From Hypanus sabinus (Eukaryota): 64,000 nt of DNA. This document shows, one piece after another, positions 49,601 through 61,321 of the stretch. Below the pieces are notes generated by a model, which was given only the letters and a program-made list of their open reading frames with translations, made no database searches and was not told the DNA's origin. The stretch is taken from assembly GCF_030144855.1 (NCBI RefSeq), contig NC_082713.1, positions 56,420,001 through 56,484,000 of the forward strand, in the 5' to 3' direction. The position numbers and the translations under genes are program-made. Numbering within the stretch: the first letter of the stretch is position 1; the number at the start of each line of letters is the position of its first letter.

Positions 49601-51719
49601 GACAGATTTGGCATATTTCTACTTAAATCATACAGAATTAATTTACAAGTGCAAGAACAGTTAGGAAGGCAAATATCACAATAATCTTTATATTGCAAAT
49701 GTGTTGGAGAACAAGAACAGAATACTTCTATACAATAGTACAATATTCCTTCCAAAAACTCAAACAGCTTGTTGCAATGGGCTCTGTATTGCCCATTGCA
49801 ACAAATGATAAAATTAAGTGTAACTGTGAGATAAAATGTAAAATTTAATTGAAGAGAGAACATAGTAAATTCATTTCTTACTTGTCATTTGTTCATTCAC
49901 CTTTATTTCTACATTACTAGTCTATCAATAAACTAATCAATTACTCCTCCAAAATATACATTCTAAAATCTTTATGACCATTCTTTAACAATAGAAAAGC
50001 CCCATAGATTGCTAAAAATTAATTGAAGGTTAATCTAACTAATGGTTGGAGTATTGATTTTATCCCTAGTTGTTTTTTTCCCTTGCTGGCCTGAAGAAAG
50101 TGCCTTGACCTGTGATTGGAGGATCTGACATTTGCTTCTGGGTTGCATCTATAAGTTGTAATTGATGTAGTGACCATTTATGTTTTAATTATTTGGGTTA
50201 GATTGCATCAAGTGTAAAAACCTTGCAGTATGTTGACATTTACATTTCAAATACAGACTTTCAAATTCACAGGATAAGCAATCTAAATCATTCTAAGTAT
50301 CAAAGGAAGATTTTTTTTATATATTTCTTGTTCTGTATAACCTTCATCCCACCCCACTTTAACTCCAATGCCAAAACTGACCAAGAGTCAGGAGGATTAA
50401 ATATTACAATCCAACCTTCATGTAATAAAACTCATTCCTATACAATGAAAATGAAAATAATAATTCAGTGAAATCAATATTGTTTAATAGAAATCATTTA
50501 ATAACATTAAAATCAACATATATTGAAATACAAATACTTTTAAATTATGAAACAAAATACCATTCACTGTAATGTGTACCCATTCATAACTCCCATCTTT
50601 TAACGTTTTCCTGCACTGAAAATTATTGTAAATGCAAGAGTAAAATATGCTGAATCCATAACTAATATACTCTCAAAAAGCATTAGCTAAAATAATTATT
50701 TCCTTTTCAATATATATTGTCAGCTAGGAACTAGTTATATTAAATGTGATATGGAAATTAAACAAACCCCTAGAAATCCTCAGCACATCAGGCAGGATAT
50801 GTGGTCAGGTCAATAATTTTTTTTTCTCTCTGCTTCTCTGTCCACATCAAATTCCAGTATTTTCTGTGTTATTTTTAACTTATTTAGCAGTTTGCATGAT
50901 GAAAGGAAAATAATTATAAGCTGGCTAAAATTAAAGTTAGCACAGCATGTACTGGATATATGGAAAGTGGAAAGCAGTTTTATTCATTCATTTGCAAGGA
51001 CTAAATTTAAATATTTCAATAATCTGTGCTTCAAGGTAGACTAAGTGCAAATCAGAAGGTTGGCACAAAAGTCCAAGTACTCAGAAGCACCAGTCATTAA
51101 TTCCCCATGGTAATTTCCATGCCCAGTTCTCCAATTCACCATCTTACCTAACAAATTTTTACCTATGTAATCCTACTTTAACAAGATAAAAAAATCAGTT
51201 TCCAATTCACTCAAGTCCCTGCTATGATGGAAGCACTGAGAAATATCTATCACTACTTTGTTTACTTTTCATGAGGCCTTTTTTTAAAAGTTTCTTTAAA
51301 TGTAGAATGTAAACCTAGATACAGAAGTGTGAAAAGTGAAGAGGAAATGTAGGAGTTGACTTGTGATTTTCTGACAGTTGCTCACGTCAGATAAAGTTCC
51401 AGATCTCATTTTATCAGCTGATTCTACTTCTCATTTACATGACATATGCATCCCCACTTGGGGAAAGTTCTGTGGTTTTTTTGAGAAGAGTGTTTAGAAT
51501 TTTTTTGAAATCTGTTAAAGATGTCATCCTTTTAAGATGCTCAGCCTAATGAACAGTAAAAATCTCCAAAATCATTTGACTTTTCAATTCATTGAATAAA
51601 AAATTGCAGACATTGGAAAATTGAAATGAGAATAGAAAATGTTGTAAGTACTGAGACTGTTTATAACATTTTCTATTTTCATTTCAATTTTCCAATTAAC
51701 AAAGAGAGCGAGGGAGATA

Positions 51720-52090
51720 CAGACCTTGATACCCCTTCCCCCCACTTACCCCATCCTTATCTATAATTTTAGTTTGGTTCTCTTTCTCTCTTCCCCCCCC
51801 CCACTATAATCTCCCCCCAGCCCTACCTTGCTTTCTCTTTTATTTCCCATAATTCTCCACCTTCCCCGTAGCCCATTTCCCTCCAGCCTATCACTTCCCA
51901 GCTCTCTACTTCATCCCTCCCCCCACTTCTTATCCCCCCCTCGACCATCCCATGTTACTTACCTCCTGATGAAGGGTTTTGACCCGAAATGTCGTCACTA
52001 CCTCCTCCCATAGATGCTGTCTGGCCTGCTGAGTTCTGCCAGCATTTTGTGTTTTTATTTTTTTCCAGCATCTGCAGACACACTCATGTT
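51720..52090 (+). mobile_element. Penelope-like element terminal fragment carrying a hammerhead ribozyme core
   Basis: Pyrimidine-rich tract followed by CTGATGA-A-GGGT-TTTG-ACCC-GAAA-TGTC and the tail shared with the 36.4-kb copy. Confidence 0.7.
51966..51993 (+). ncRNA. Minimal hammerhead ribozyme motif (Penelope-associated, probably decayed)
   Basis: CUGAUGA core, 4-bp stem II, GAAA, then a GUC cleavage triplet. The C after GAAA is T here. Confidence 0.55.
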
Positions 52091-52893
52091 GCCTTTGAGA
52101 GAGAGACAGAGACAGGTTGAGGACCACTTGTCAGAACTGGTGAAGGGTCCTTGAGCTGGAACATTAACACTATTTTTCTTTCCTCGGGTGTTTCTGACGT
52201 GTGTTTTCAGCATTATCTGTTGTAATTTGACACTTCAGTATGATGCTTGATATAGGAATGAATTGCCCATTTGTATTGTAGTGGAGAGGGCTACTAGCAT
52301 CACCTCTGCTCTGGGTTTGAAACAAGAATGTTCCAAAATTAATTTCTTATCATTTCTACTGCTCTAAAATTCATGCTCCACAGCAGCAGACAAATAGGAC
52401 TTCATACTCCTCACATGTCTAAACTGAGGAATGAACATTGCATTGGCTGATGTATACTGGGAGTGAATGGGGAGCATTTCCTCTTTAACCAAGTTGGCTA
52501 CTAATGATTCAAAAGTGTGAACTTTGTATGTTATTTGTGCAAAAGTAAAGGTAATAGTCCATTTTTCCTGAGCGTATTCCATGTCTGATATTACCTTACC
52601 TATCAATGAATTTCCAGGCTGTTAATATATCAAAGTTTAAAAATCTATTATACTTGTTAACTCCATGGCCAAAAACATTACATGTCCCAATCAATTCTGT
52701 TCCAACCAAGTAATCCCCTTCATGAATAAGACAGAATATTACCCCCTTGCTTAACAATGTAGCTGCGTTGATGAAGCTCAATCAACAATCTGTTGGAGCA
52801 ACTCAGTGGATCCATTTGTGGGTGGAATGGAACTATCAACACATTGCCACATTGACAATACAGTATTTTTCCTCTCACAGAGGCTGCTCATTT

Positions 52894-52953
52894 CTCCAAT
52901 ATTCCTCCATTCCTCCAATATTCCTCCATTCCTCCAATATTCCTCCATTCCTC
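52894..52953. repeat. Tandem repeat, 3 x 19 bp (CTCCAATATTCCTCCATTC)
   Basis: Directly visible. Confidence 0.9.
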
Positions 52954-53049
52954 TTGCTACTCCAGACTCCAGTATCTGTAGTCACTTTTGCCTTCATTGA
53001 AGGAGCTCAATAAGCTTAAGACAACTTCAAGAAATTCAAGAGAGGGACA

Positions 53050-53345
53050 ACACAGCCTCACTGATCTAGGTTCAATCCTGGCTTCCATTGCGCTCTTTGT
53101 GGAGTTTGTATTTTCTCCTTGTGACCAGGTGGGCCTTGCCTGGCTCCTCCAATTTCCTCCAACATTCTGAAGACGTGCGGGTTGATATGTTCATTGGCCA
53201 ATGTAAGTTGCCCCAAGCATAGAGGTAAGTGGTGGCACCTGGGGGAGGTTAATGAGAATGTGGGGAGGATAAAAATTGATTATTTTAATGTCAATGTCAA
53301 TGGGTGTCTAATAGTTGACACAGACTTGTTTCCATGCTGTGACTC
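53050..53345 (+). mobile_element. tRNA-derived V-SINE (HE1-like) remnant
   Basis: B-box-like GGTTCAATCC followed by the TGTGGAGTTTG..TTCTCC.TGTG central domain. Confidence 0.55.
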
Positions 53346-54429
53346 TTGTCATTTTTGACCATATCTCAGAAAGTAGCAGATGGGCGATATGAGCTGGCAC
53401 TTTGCAAGGCCTACATGGTTACCTGCTCAATATATTGATATCTGCTGAAATGTTTTAAAATATAACAGCAAGCTGGATTAAATACACCATGATACAATTG
53501 GAACTTCAAAAATTTGTATGACAGAGTTGAGTTCCAACAGCTGTTCCTCGGTTGATGAAGGAGGTAGTAGACCAAGGGTGAACATTCGAGTAACCATATG
53601 ATTTTTATTGGTGATGAGTAAACCTGTTGGTACAGATGGCTTCCTTATAGATTTCTGTTATTGATCATGTGATCTGCCATCTTTCCTCCCCAAAATTCAC
53701 CACCTGATTGACAAAAGAAAGGAAGACAATTAGGACAATTGAAGCCACACTGCTGTTCAACTAGATCACGGATAATCTATAAAAGAAACAGAAGATGCTG
53801 AAACTACCCAGCAGGTTGGGCAACATCTGTGCTAGAGAGCAACAGAGCTTCAGGTCCGAGAGCCCTCGTAAGAAGAGAGAGAGAGCGAGAAAACAAGTTG
53901 GTTTTCAGTTACTGAAAAGGTGGAGGTATGGATAAGACAAAGGTAGTGTGAGACTAAATGAGTTAAGGTGGCAGTTGATCATTGCAAGGGTATGTGACAT
54001 GCCCAGCTGATCAGACTGAGAACAACCCAGTCAAAATCATGCATGGGTGACTGGCAGAAGTAAGTCACAGACAGATATGTCAGAATGGGAGAAGAATTGT
54101 GAGTTAGTGTGGCTCATCGACACTCAAGTCCAGTTGTCTGCATTAACACCACATCCTAACTAAAGAGGAGGTGGTAAAAATCCTATAATCATACAACATA
54201 GAAATTAGCTGATTTGACCCCAATACTCAATGAGCACCCTTCTGTATAAATACAATTTCTGTGCATTCAGTCCATAGCCTTCCATGCCCAGGCAATTCAA
54301 GTGCTCATCTCAACATTCCTTAAGTGCTGTCATCAACCCAGCTTGATCCATTCCCTCAGACTCAGTGCTACTACTCTCTAAATGAAGCCAATCTCACTCT
54401 TAAACATCTCCTCTAAATCTGCATCCTCT

Positions 54430-55555
54430 AGTTTTAGTTCAAAGTTGAAGTTCAGTTTATTGTCAAATACACAATTACATTTATGCATAGGTGCAATGAA
54501 AAATTTACTTGTAACAGCATCACAGGGACATAGCATCATATAAATAGCATTCAGAAGAAAAACAGTTTTTACCAGAAAGAAAACTAAGGCCATTTTACTG
54601 CAAAGTGATCAAAATAGTCACAGTGTTGCTGAACTCTGTCAACATTGGTTTGTGATGAAACTTGTCAACTTCTCTGCCTGAGGAGTGACTTGAATCCATG
54701 CACAACAGGTCAACAGTATCACCGAACATCTCACTCAATGTCAGCGAAACCAAAGAGCTGATTATTGACTACAGCAGGAGGAAACTGGAGGTCCGCCGAG
54801 AGGGTCAGCAACATTAAATTCCTCAGTGTTATCCTCAGAGCCTTTCAGAGGCTCTGCCCTGCTTCCAGCACGCAAGTTTCATTATAAAGAAGGCACAGCA
54901 GAGCCTCTACGTTCTTAAAAGTTTGCAAACATTCATCACGTCATCTGAAACTTTGCCAAACCACTATGGATGTAAGGTGGAGAGTATATTGACTAGTTGC
55001 ATCATGGCCTGGTGTAGAAACACCAACGTCCTCGAATGGAAAACCCTACAAAAAGCAGTGGATACAGCCGCAGCCATCAGGAAGGGGGTACAGGAGCCTC
55101 AGGACTTGCCTCACCAGGTTTAGGAATAGTTATTATCCCTCAGTCATGAGGCTCATGAATCAGAAGGGTAACCACATTCAACCCAACATTGATTCCACAA
55201 TCTGTGGATTCGCTTTCAAGGACTCTTCAACTCATGTTCACAATAATTATTGCTAATTTATTTAATATAATTTTCTTTTTTCATATTTGCACAGTTGGTT
55301 GTCTTTTGCACATTGGTTGTATGTCCATTTATGTTGTATGCAGTTTTTCCTTCATTCTATTGTGTTCCTTTGTACTTACAGTGTACATTAATAATAATTT
55401 AATTTTACTTTTTTACTTTGATTAGGATTGTACCAGTTGGTTCGAGAACCTGGTGATTGAAGAGAACTAGCTGTTCTAGAATGGGTGGTTTAGGATTTCT
55501 GACTTCTGTACCTTCTGCTGGATGGTTGCAAGAAGATGGCAGACCTGGGTGGTTA
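54430..55555. mobile_element. Nested Rex1/Babar-like LINE fragments: a minus copy split by a plus copy (~54725-55420)
   Basis: ETKELIID and ESILTSCIMAW remnants, with family tails at both ends. Confidence 0.55.
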
Positions 55556-58500
55556 CCTCTGATACAGGGAAAATGTTCCTGCAGTCCACCTTATTAATAT
55601 AATGTAAAATACCTCAATCATGTCCCTTCTTAACCTCCTCCATTCCAGGGAGAACAATTCTAGCTTTTCCAGTCTCTCCTCATAGCTGAACTGCTCCATC
55701 CCGACAACCTAAGAATCTCCTCTACACCCAGTCTAGTAATAGCACATCTTTCCATAAGACCATATGACATAGGAGCAGAATTAGGCCATTCAGTCCATCA
55801 AGTCTCCTGTGTTTTGATCATAGCTTATTTATTTTCTCCATTCTCCTATAGTGTAATAACCAGAACTGCAAGCAGTACTCCAGCTGAGGTCGAACTGAGA
55901 TTTTTAAAAAGCTGCAGCATCAGCTTTCAATTTTTGCATTCAGTCACCTGACTATTCAAGGCCAATATCCCATATGCCTCCCTACCCATGTTATCTACAT
56001 GAGCTGTTAGCTTCAAGGATCAATGGACTTGGAGTCCAAGGTCCCTTTATTCCTCAATACTCCTTCAGACCATACCATACTTGGTGTATGTCCTAACATC
56101 GTTAGTATTCCCAGAATGGATCACCTCACATTTGCCTGGATTAAACTCTATTATTTTCAATCCATTTCACCAACACTTCGATACCTATCTAGAGCCTCAG
56201 ACTTTCGTATTATCCACATCACTGATCATGCCCTCCACATCCACGTCCAAGGCATTATTTATATTCTTAGCCTCATTATCAATCCTTATGGGACTCCAAC
56301 AGTTACAGGTATCCATTCAGAAATGCTCTGCAACTGTCTCCTACTGCAAAGCCAATCTTGGATCCGGTTTGCCAGCTTGCTGTTGAAATTAACTCTCAAG
56401 CTGATTCTTAAGAATGTTAAATACCATTTTAATGTGGTACCTGGAGACTAGCCCCTTTGCTTGGTATGAAAGACTTGGCAAAGATTCAGGTCAAATCTTC
56501 TGGTGTTATGTATTTGCCTTACAGAGCATCCCTGTAAACACAAGCTCAGGGTTCTGTGGTACTTCCTATTTTCAGGACGGCAAGTCTGTTTGGTGAACTT
56601 GGCAATTTCTTTAGGATGTTCCAAAACAGAGGTGACTTCACATTAGTTTCTTGTCTCTGACCCAAGTTTCTCCATAGTGATAAAAATGTGCTGGAGGGAA
56701 GGCAAGAAGAATGCCGTACCCAAGTTATCTAATGTGACACCGGACCATGAAGAAAAAGATTGTCTGAGAAAAGAAAAGGAAATAACAAAGGAAGAGTGGC
56801 CAAAATCTGAAACAAGGTAAAGTACAAGTTTCAAGAATAAATAACCAGCCAGGTAGAAAAATTTATAACTCTCAATCAATCCAGCGAGACAATGGCAGAA
56901 AAAGAGAAAAAAAAACTTGGATGATCTGGGGTAAAGACGATGAATTAGAAATGAAAATATATTCTGAAATGGTTCTGTATGAGGGAGGTGGAGAAGGTTC
57001 CTTTGGGGCAGGAGGGGTGAAATTTTCTCATTAGCAACTTCAGACCTCCAGATGAGGTATATAAAGTTCCTGAGCATCACAGTGGTGGGATTGCCCGTTG
57101 AACTGGAGACAATTTATGCATGACTATATGGTTATAAATTAGGTTTCCTGGTAGCAGACAGAGATGAATGAGCCCTTACTTTGTACTTATTTGGGCTTTC
57201 AGCCACACTTTACAGCTGAAACCCAGATGGCACCTTTAGTACATTATCACATCTGATCTCACTGCAGAATTGTATTATGCAGATTGATATCATTGCAATG
57301 CATTTAATAGCCTCTGCACTGGAATGGTCACATACAGAGACCTGTAATTCTGCTTCCCATTCCCAATACACATTTTGCAATTTTCAGATGAGTTTGCTCT
57401 TTGAATCCATACACTGCACTATGTAATTTTCAGAGTGATTTGCTAAAGAACTGCAAAGGACATTCAACCTTCATCGAATCCAAAATAATGGAAATTTCAA
57501 CCTGCCTCCATTTCGTATTGTACCAGCTCTGGAAACATATTGTTCTCTCTCTGGATGAAAGTTATTAACTGTTTCCCTTTGATAAACATGGTTTCCACAA
57601 AGATTATGAAGTCATGTAGGAGAAATGCATTAAAATAATGGTATCCCATTAATTTTAGATGGATATAAAATCACAGCAACTATAAGTGGGCTCATCTATT
57701 TTGTGCATAATTCATTAACATTGTGTGATAAGGTCTACTCTCAGCAGACACATGTAAACCTTGCATACAAATACAAGCATTTCTGAGACAACAGGCTTCA
57801 CTGATAGTAATTTGATGGATAGAACCATAAATTGGGAAAGATTACTAGAGTCGTAATCCTGTCAGACTTTCCCAGCAGTTCAACACTGAACATTCAGTCT
57901 TACTCACAACTACAGGAATGAAAGTAGGTGGTAGCGGGCAACACTGTAATGAGTTGTGGCTATCACACAGTTACCACAAAGTCACGCTCAACTTGCATAT
58001 TAGGAACCTGAAACCACTGGAAAGAATAAAGAGCCTTTCAAGACTAAGCTTCTATCATGTTCTTGTTGTCTCTTCTGCCAAATCAACAGTATTTTTCAAT
58101 TAGTGTTAAGTGTTAGTGTGGTTTTAGTATGTAATTGGAATTTCACAACTCCAGAACCAGGTGAGTCACGAGCAGGGGAGAAGAAGGGGGTTTTGTGTGA
58201 TAGGTGTGTAGGTATTTTTAGAAACAATGACCTCACTGGTGGGAAAGTTCAAAGAGATTTCTAATGTCAAAGCTACTCATTTTCTTTAAAGCAAACGTAT
58301 CTAATTTGCATTGCTTTTATTTGGTGAGTCATTTTGAAGCTAGTTGCAGACAAACCAGGAAAGGTTATGCCTCAACTATACAAGTATTGTAAACATAGAC
58401 ATGTGCTTCACCACAGTAACCACACCCTTTTGGTCTCTAGCTGAAAACATGGAACCACTGTGAAAAGGATAAGTCTACAGCATCTGAATTATATATACTA

Positions 58501-59689
58501 TATATCACCTTCAGTTCTTCCTTGATAGGATGAAATTTTATTCAGAGGTTATTTCATCAAATTTATTTACTTACAATAAATCATTTAACGATGACTGGAA
58601 ATGAAATTGCAACAATCTCTGACATGAACCCGCCCACGTTTTGCAAATACAAGAAACATTCTTATCTCATTTCTTTTCAATGTTGCTGTAAAGTGCTGTT
58701 GTCTTTGGACATTTGTCAAAAGGCTTGTAAAAGAAAAGGAAGAACTACTGAGCCTGGGTTAATTCCATGACTGAATAAATCTGCATTTAAATTCAGTTTG
58801 TTCTGAATTTGTTGACCATGGCCAAGAAAGCAATGGTGTTTGGAATCCAATTCCAGATGACTTTGGACGTCACTAATAGGAAAGTGCATTCTGTGGCTGA
58901 GCCTAAGTGTTAATTCCAATGCAGTGCCAACAACTCTTCAGGAGGCTTTCTAAACTTAAGTGTTTCAAAATATTTGCTTCCCATGTCCAACTTGCAACAT
59001 CTGCTAATTCCCCCATTTCTGTTTATTATGTAAAATGCACCCCATACCCAGGATCAGTCATGATTCAGATTTAAAACTGATGAAGGGGCTCTTGGACTGA
59101 AATGTCAATTGTTCATTTCTCTCCAGAAATGCTGCCTGAACTGCTGAATTCCTCCAACATTTTATGTGTGTTGCTTAAAGTTCTAACTTTTGTTTTCAAA
59201 TTCCTCCATAGTTTTGCCCTCCACTATTCAATCCTAGATTTTATTTGTGTCATCAGTAGCTCTGGAACTCCACACCTCCCCAGCCACTGCTCTGCACTTT
59301 TTACATCTCCCCCCTTTTAGTTGCTTCATAAAACCCAAACATACTTTTCATCACCTGTCCTAGGTTCTTGCCAAGTATTTTGGAAGTTTTACTTAACTTA
59401 GTCCAAAATGTAACAGTATTGTTTTTGCCACTGTTGTCATCACTCATGCTCTTGGAGAATAAAATCTGGGTTGATGATTCTCAAGAATTGTACCTCTGCT
59501 GCCAAGGAGCACAGAATCCCCTCGTAATGAACTTAAGAATGGGCAATCAGAAAATAGATTTTAACAGGTAATATTCTTGACCAAATTGCTAAGAAAAGTT
59601 CAAGCACACTATAGTTGGCAGTTTCATGAAAGGATTGGTTTAGAAAGATTGTGGTAATAATGAACCTGGGTCCCTAAAACAAAAAACAC

Positions 59690-60345
59690 AAGAAGTTGAC
59701 AGGCATGTCCAGAAAGTAGATAGGAAGGCTAACGGAATGTTGGCATTCATCACAAGGAATAAGAAGTATAAAAATAGAAAACTTCTGAACCAACTTACCA
59801 GAACAATGATGATAACACACTTGGCATATAATATTAATTCCCATAATTAAGGAAGGATATCCTGCCATTAGAGGTAGTGCAAAGGGGGTTCACTTACTTG
59901 CTTCCTGAGGTGAAGGAGTTGAAGCATGAAGAAAGTTTGAAAGATTGGCTTATATTCATTTGAATTCTGAAGAGTGGTAGATAATCTTAATGAAATATAT
60001 TAGCTTCTGTGAGGGATTAACACAGTGGATATTGAGAGGATGTTTTCCCTGAAGGGGAGGTAACTAGAATTTAGAGGGCATAGTTTCAATAGTTTGCCAA
60101 TTTAGTACAGAACTAAGATGGAATTTATTCTCTCAGAGATAGATAAATTGTTGGAATTTTCTATACCAGAGAGCCATAGAGGCAAAGTCACTTACTATAT
60201 TCAAAGCAAAGACCGACAGACTTTTGAGCTACAAGGAAGTATGGGGAGAGCTCAGAAAAGTGACGTTAAAGATCAGATATGACTTTATTGAATGGCAGAG
60301 TACTGTACACTTAATGGACTGATTAGCCTATTCCTATTTCATAAG
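59690..60345 (+). mobile_element. Old CR1 3' remnant
   Basis: KANGMLAFI and FSQR-type decayed coding sequence with a CR1 3' end. Confidence 0.55.
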
Positions 60346-61321
60346 TTCAAATCTTACATACCTGATCCAAAAGACTCTTGTACTGGCATTGGTCAAGCAT
60401 AAAGTTAACTCCTCAAGATCTAAAATCCATCAACTAGTCAAGGCAAATCATTAAGACATTCTTATTGAAAACGTGTTTTTTGTCATTTAATGCTTGACTC
60501 CAAAATGTATATCCCAAAGTTCAAATTAGATTATTAGGCATGACATTGCTTGACCTCAATGTAATTTCCCTTCAGAAGCCAAATAGTCACAAACATAATA
60601 TTTTTCTTTCTTCAATAAGTAGGTATGAAGCCTCTCTAACTCTGCCCCTGTTTTGTTCCAGTCCTCCTGGGTTCATTCCCACTGTTGGGACAAATCCTTC
60701 TGGCTGTTTACAACTGGGAAATCATTAATTTCAGCTTCCATATAATTAAGTTCCAGGCTCATGCAGATCTATAGTAAGCCTTGGAGCATAGTGAGTGACA
60801 GATGCTGGCTCATTTGTCACACCATTCTGCTGATTATCTCCACGTGGGTTCCAACAGGTTAGACTCACCTTGTAAAAATTGTGCAGCATTGTGTTGAAGA
60901 ATCCACTTGTCTGCTTTCACACCTGTCAGGTCTGGCACAGGATAATATAGCCCATTCAATTGACTGAGTCTGTTCATTCTGCAGAACTGGGTAGAGTGTT
61001 TTCATTAAAGTTGTTTTATATTGATCCAACATTTTAATAATTTGGCAATACTTCAAGTTGTTTTAATCAACTTTAAAAATATCTGAAAAGTAAGAAATTA
61101 ATTAAAAGTTATTTTAATTATCTCCGATATCAGATATTTAATAACTGTTTTAAATTAGTTCACCTACCTCTGACAGGAGGTACGTTATGCCCCAACTTTT
61201 CATTCACAAGTGTGAATACTTCAGGAACATGTGCGGCCTGAGACCAATTCACCTCCAAGACCTCAATACACTTCACTGGACAGTTCTGTGGTGCTCGGTG
61301 TCAGCTTCATAGAACATCTAC

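Noticed and set aside
52364-52781. Adjacent minus-strand ORFs of 80 and 61 aa
   Set aside because: No domain similarity and no coherent exon structure.
52894-52953. Repeat array resembling CRISPR
   Set aside because: Head-to-tail 19-bp minisatellite with no spacers, in vertebrate DNA.
56678-56816. Plus-strand exon-like open segment (MCWREGKKNAVPK...)
   Set aside because: No recognisable homology or partner exons; probably decayed TE or chance.
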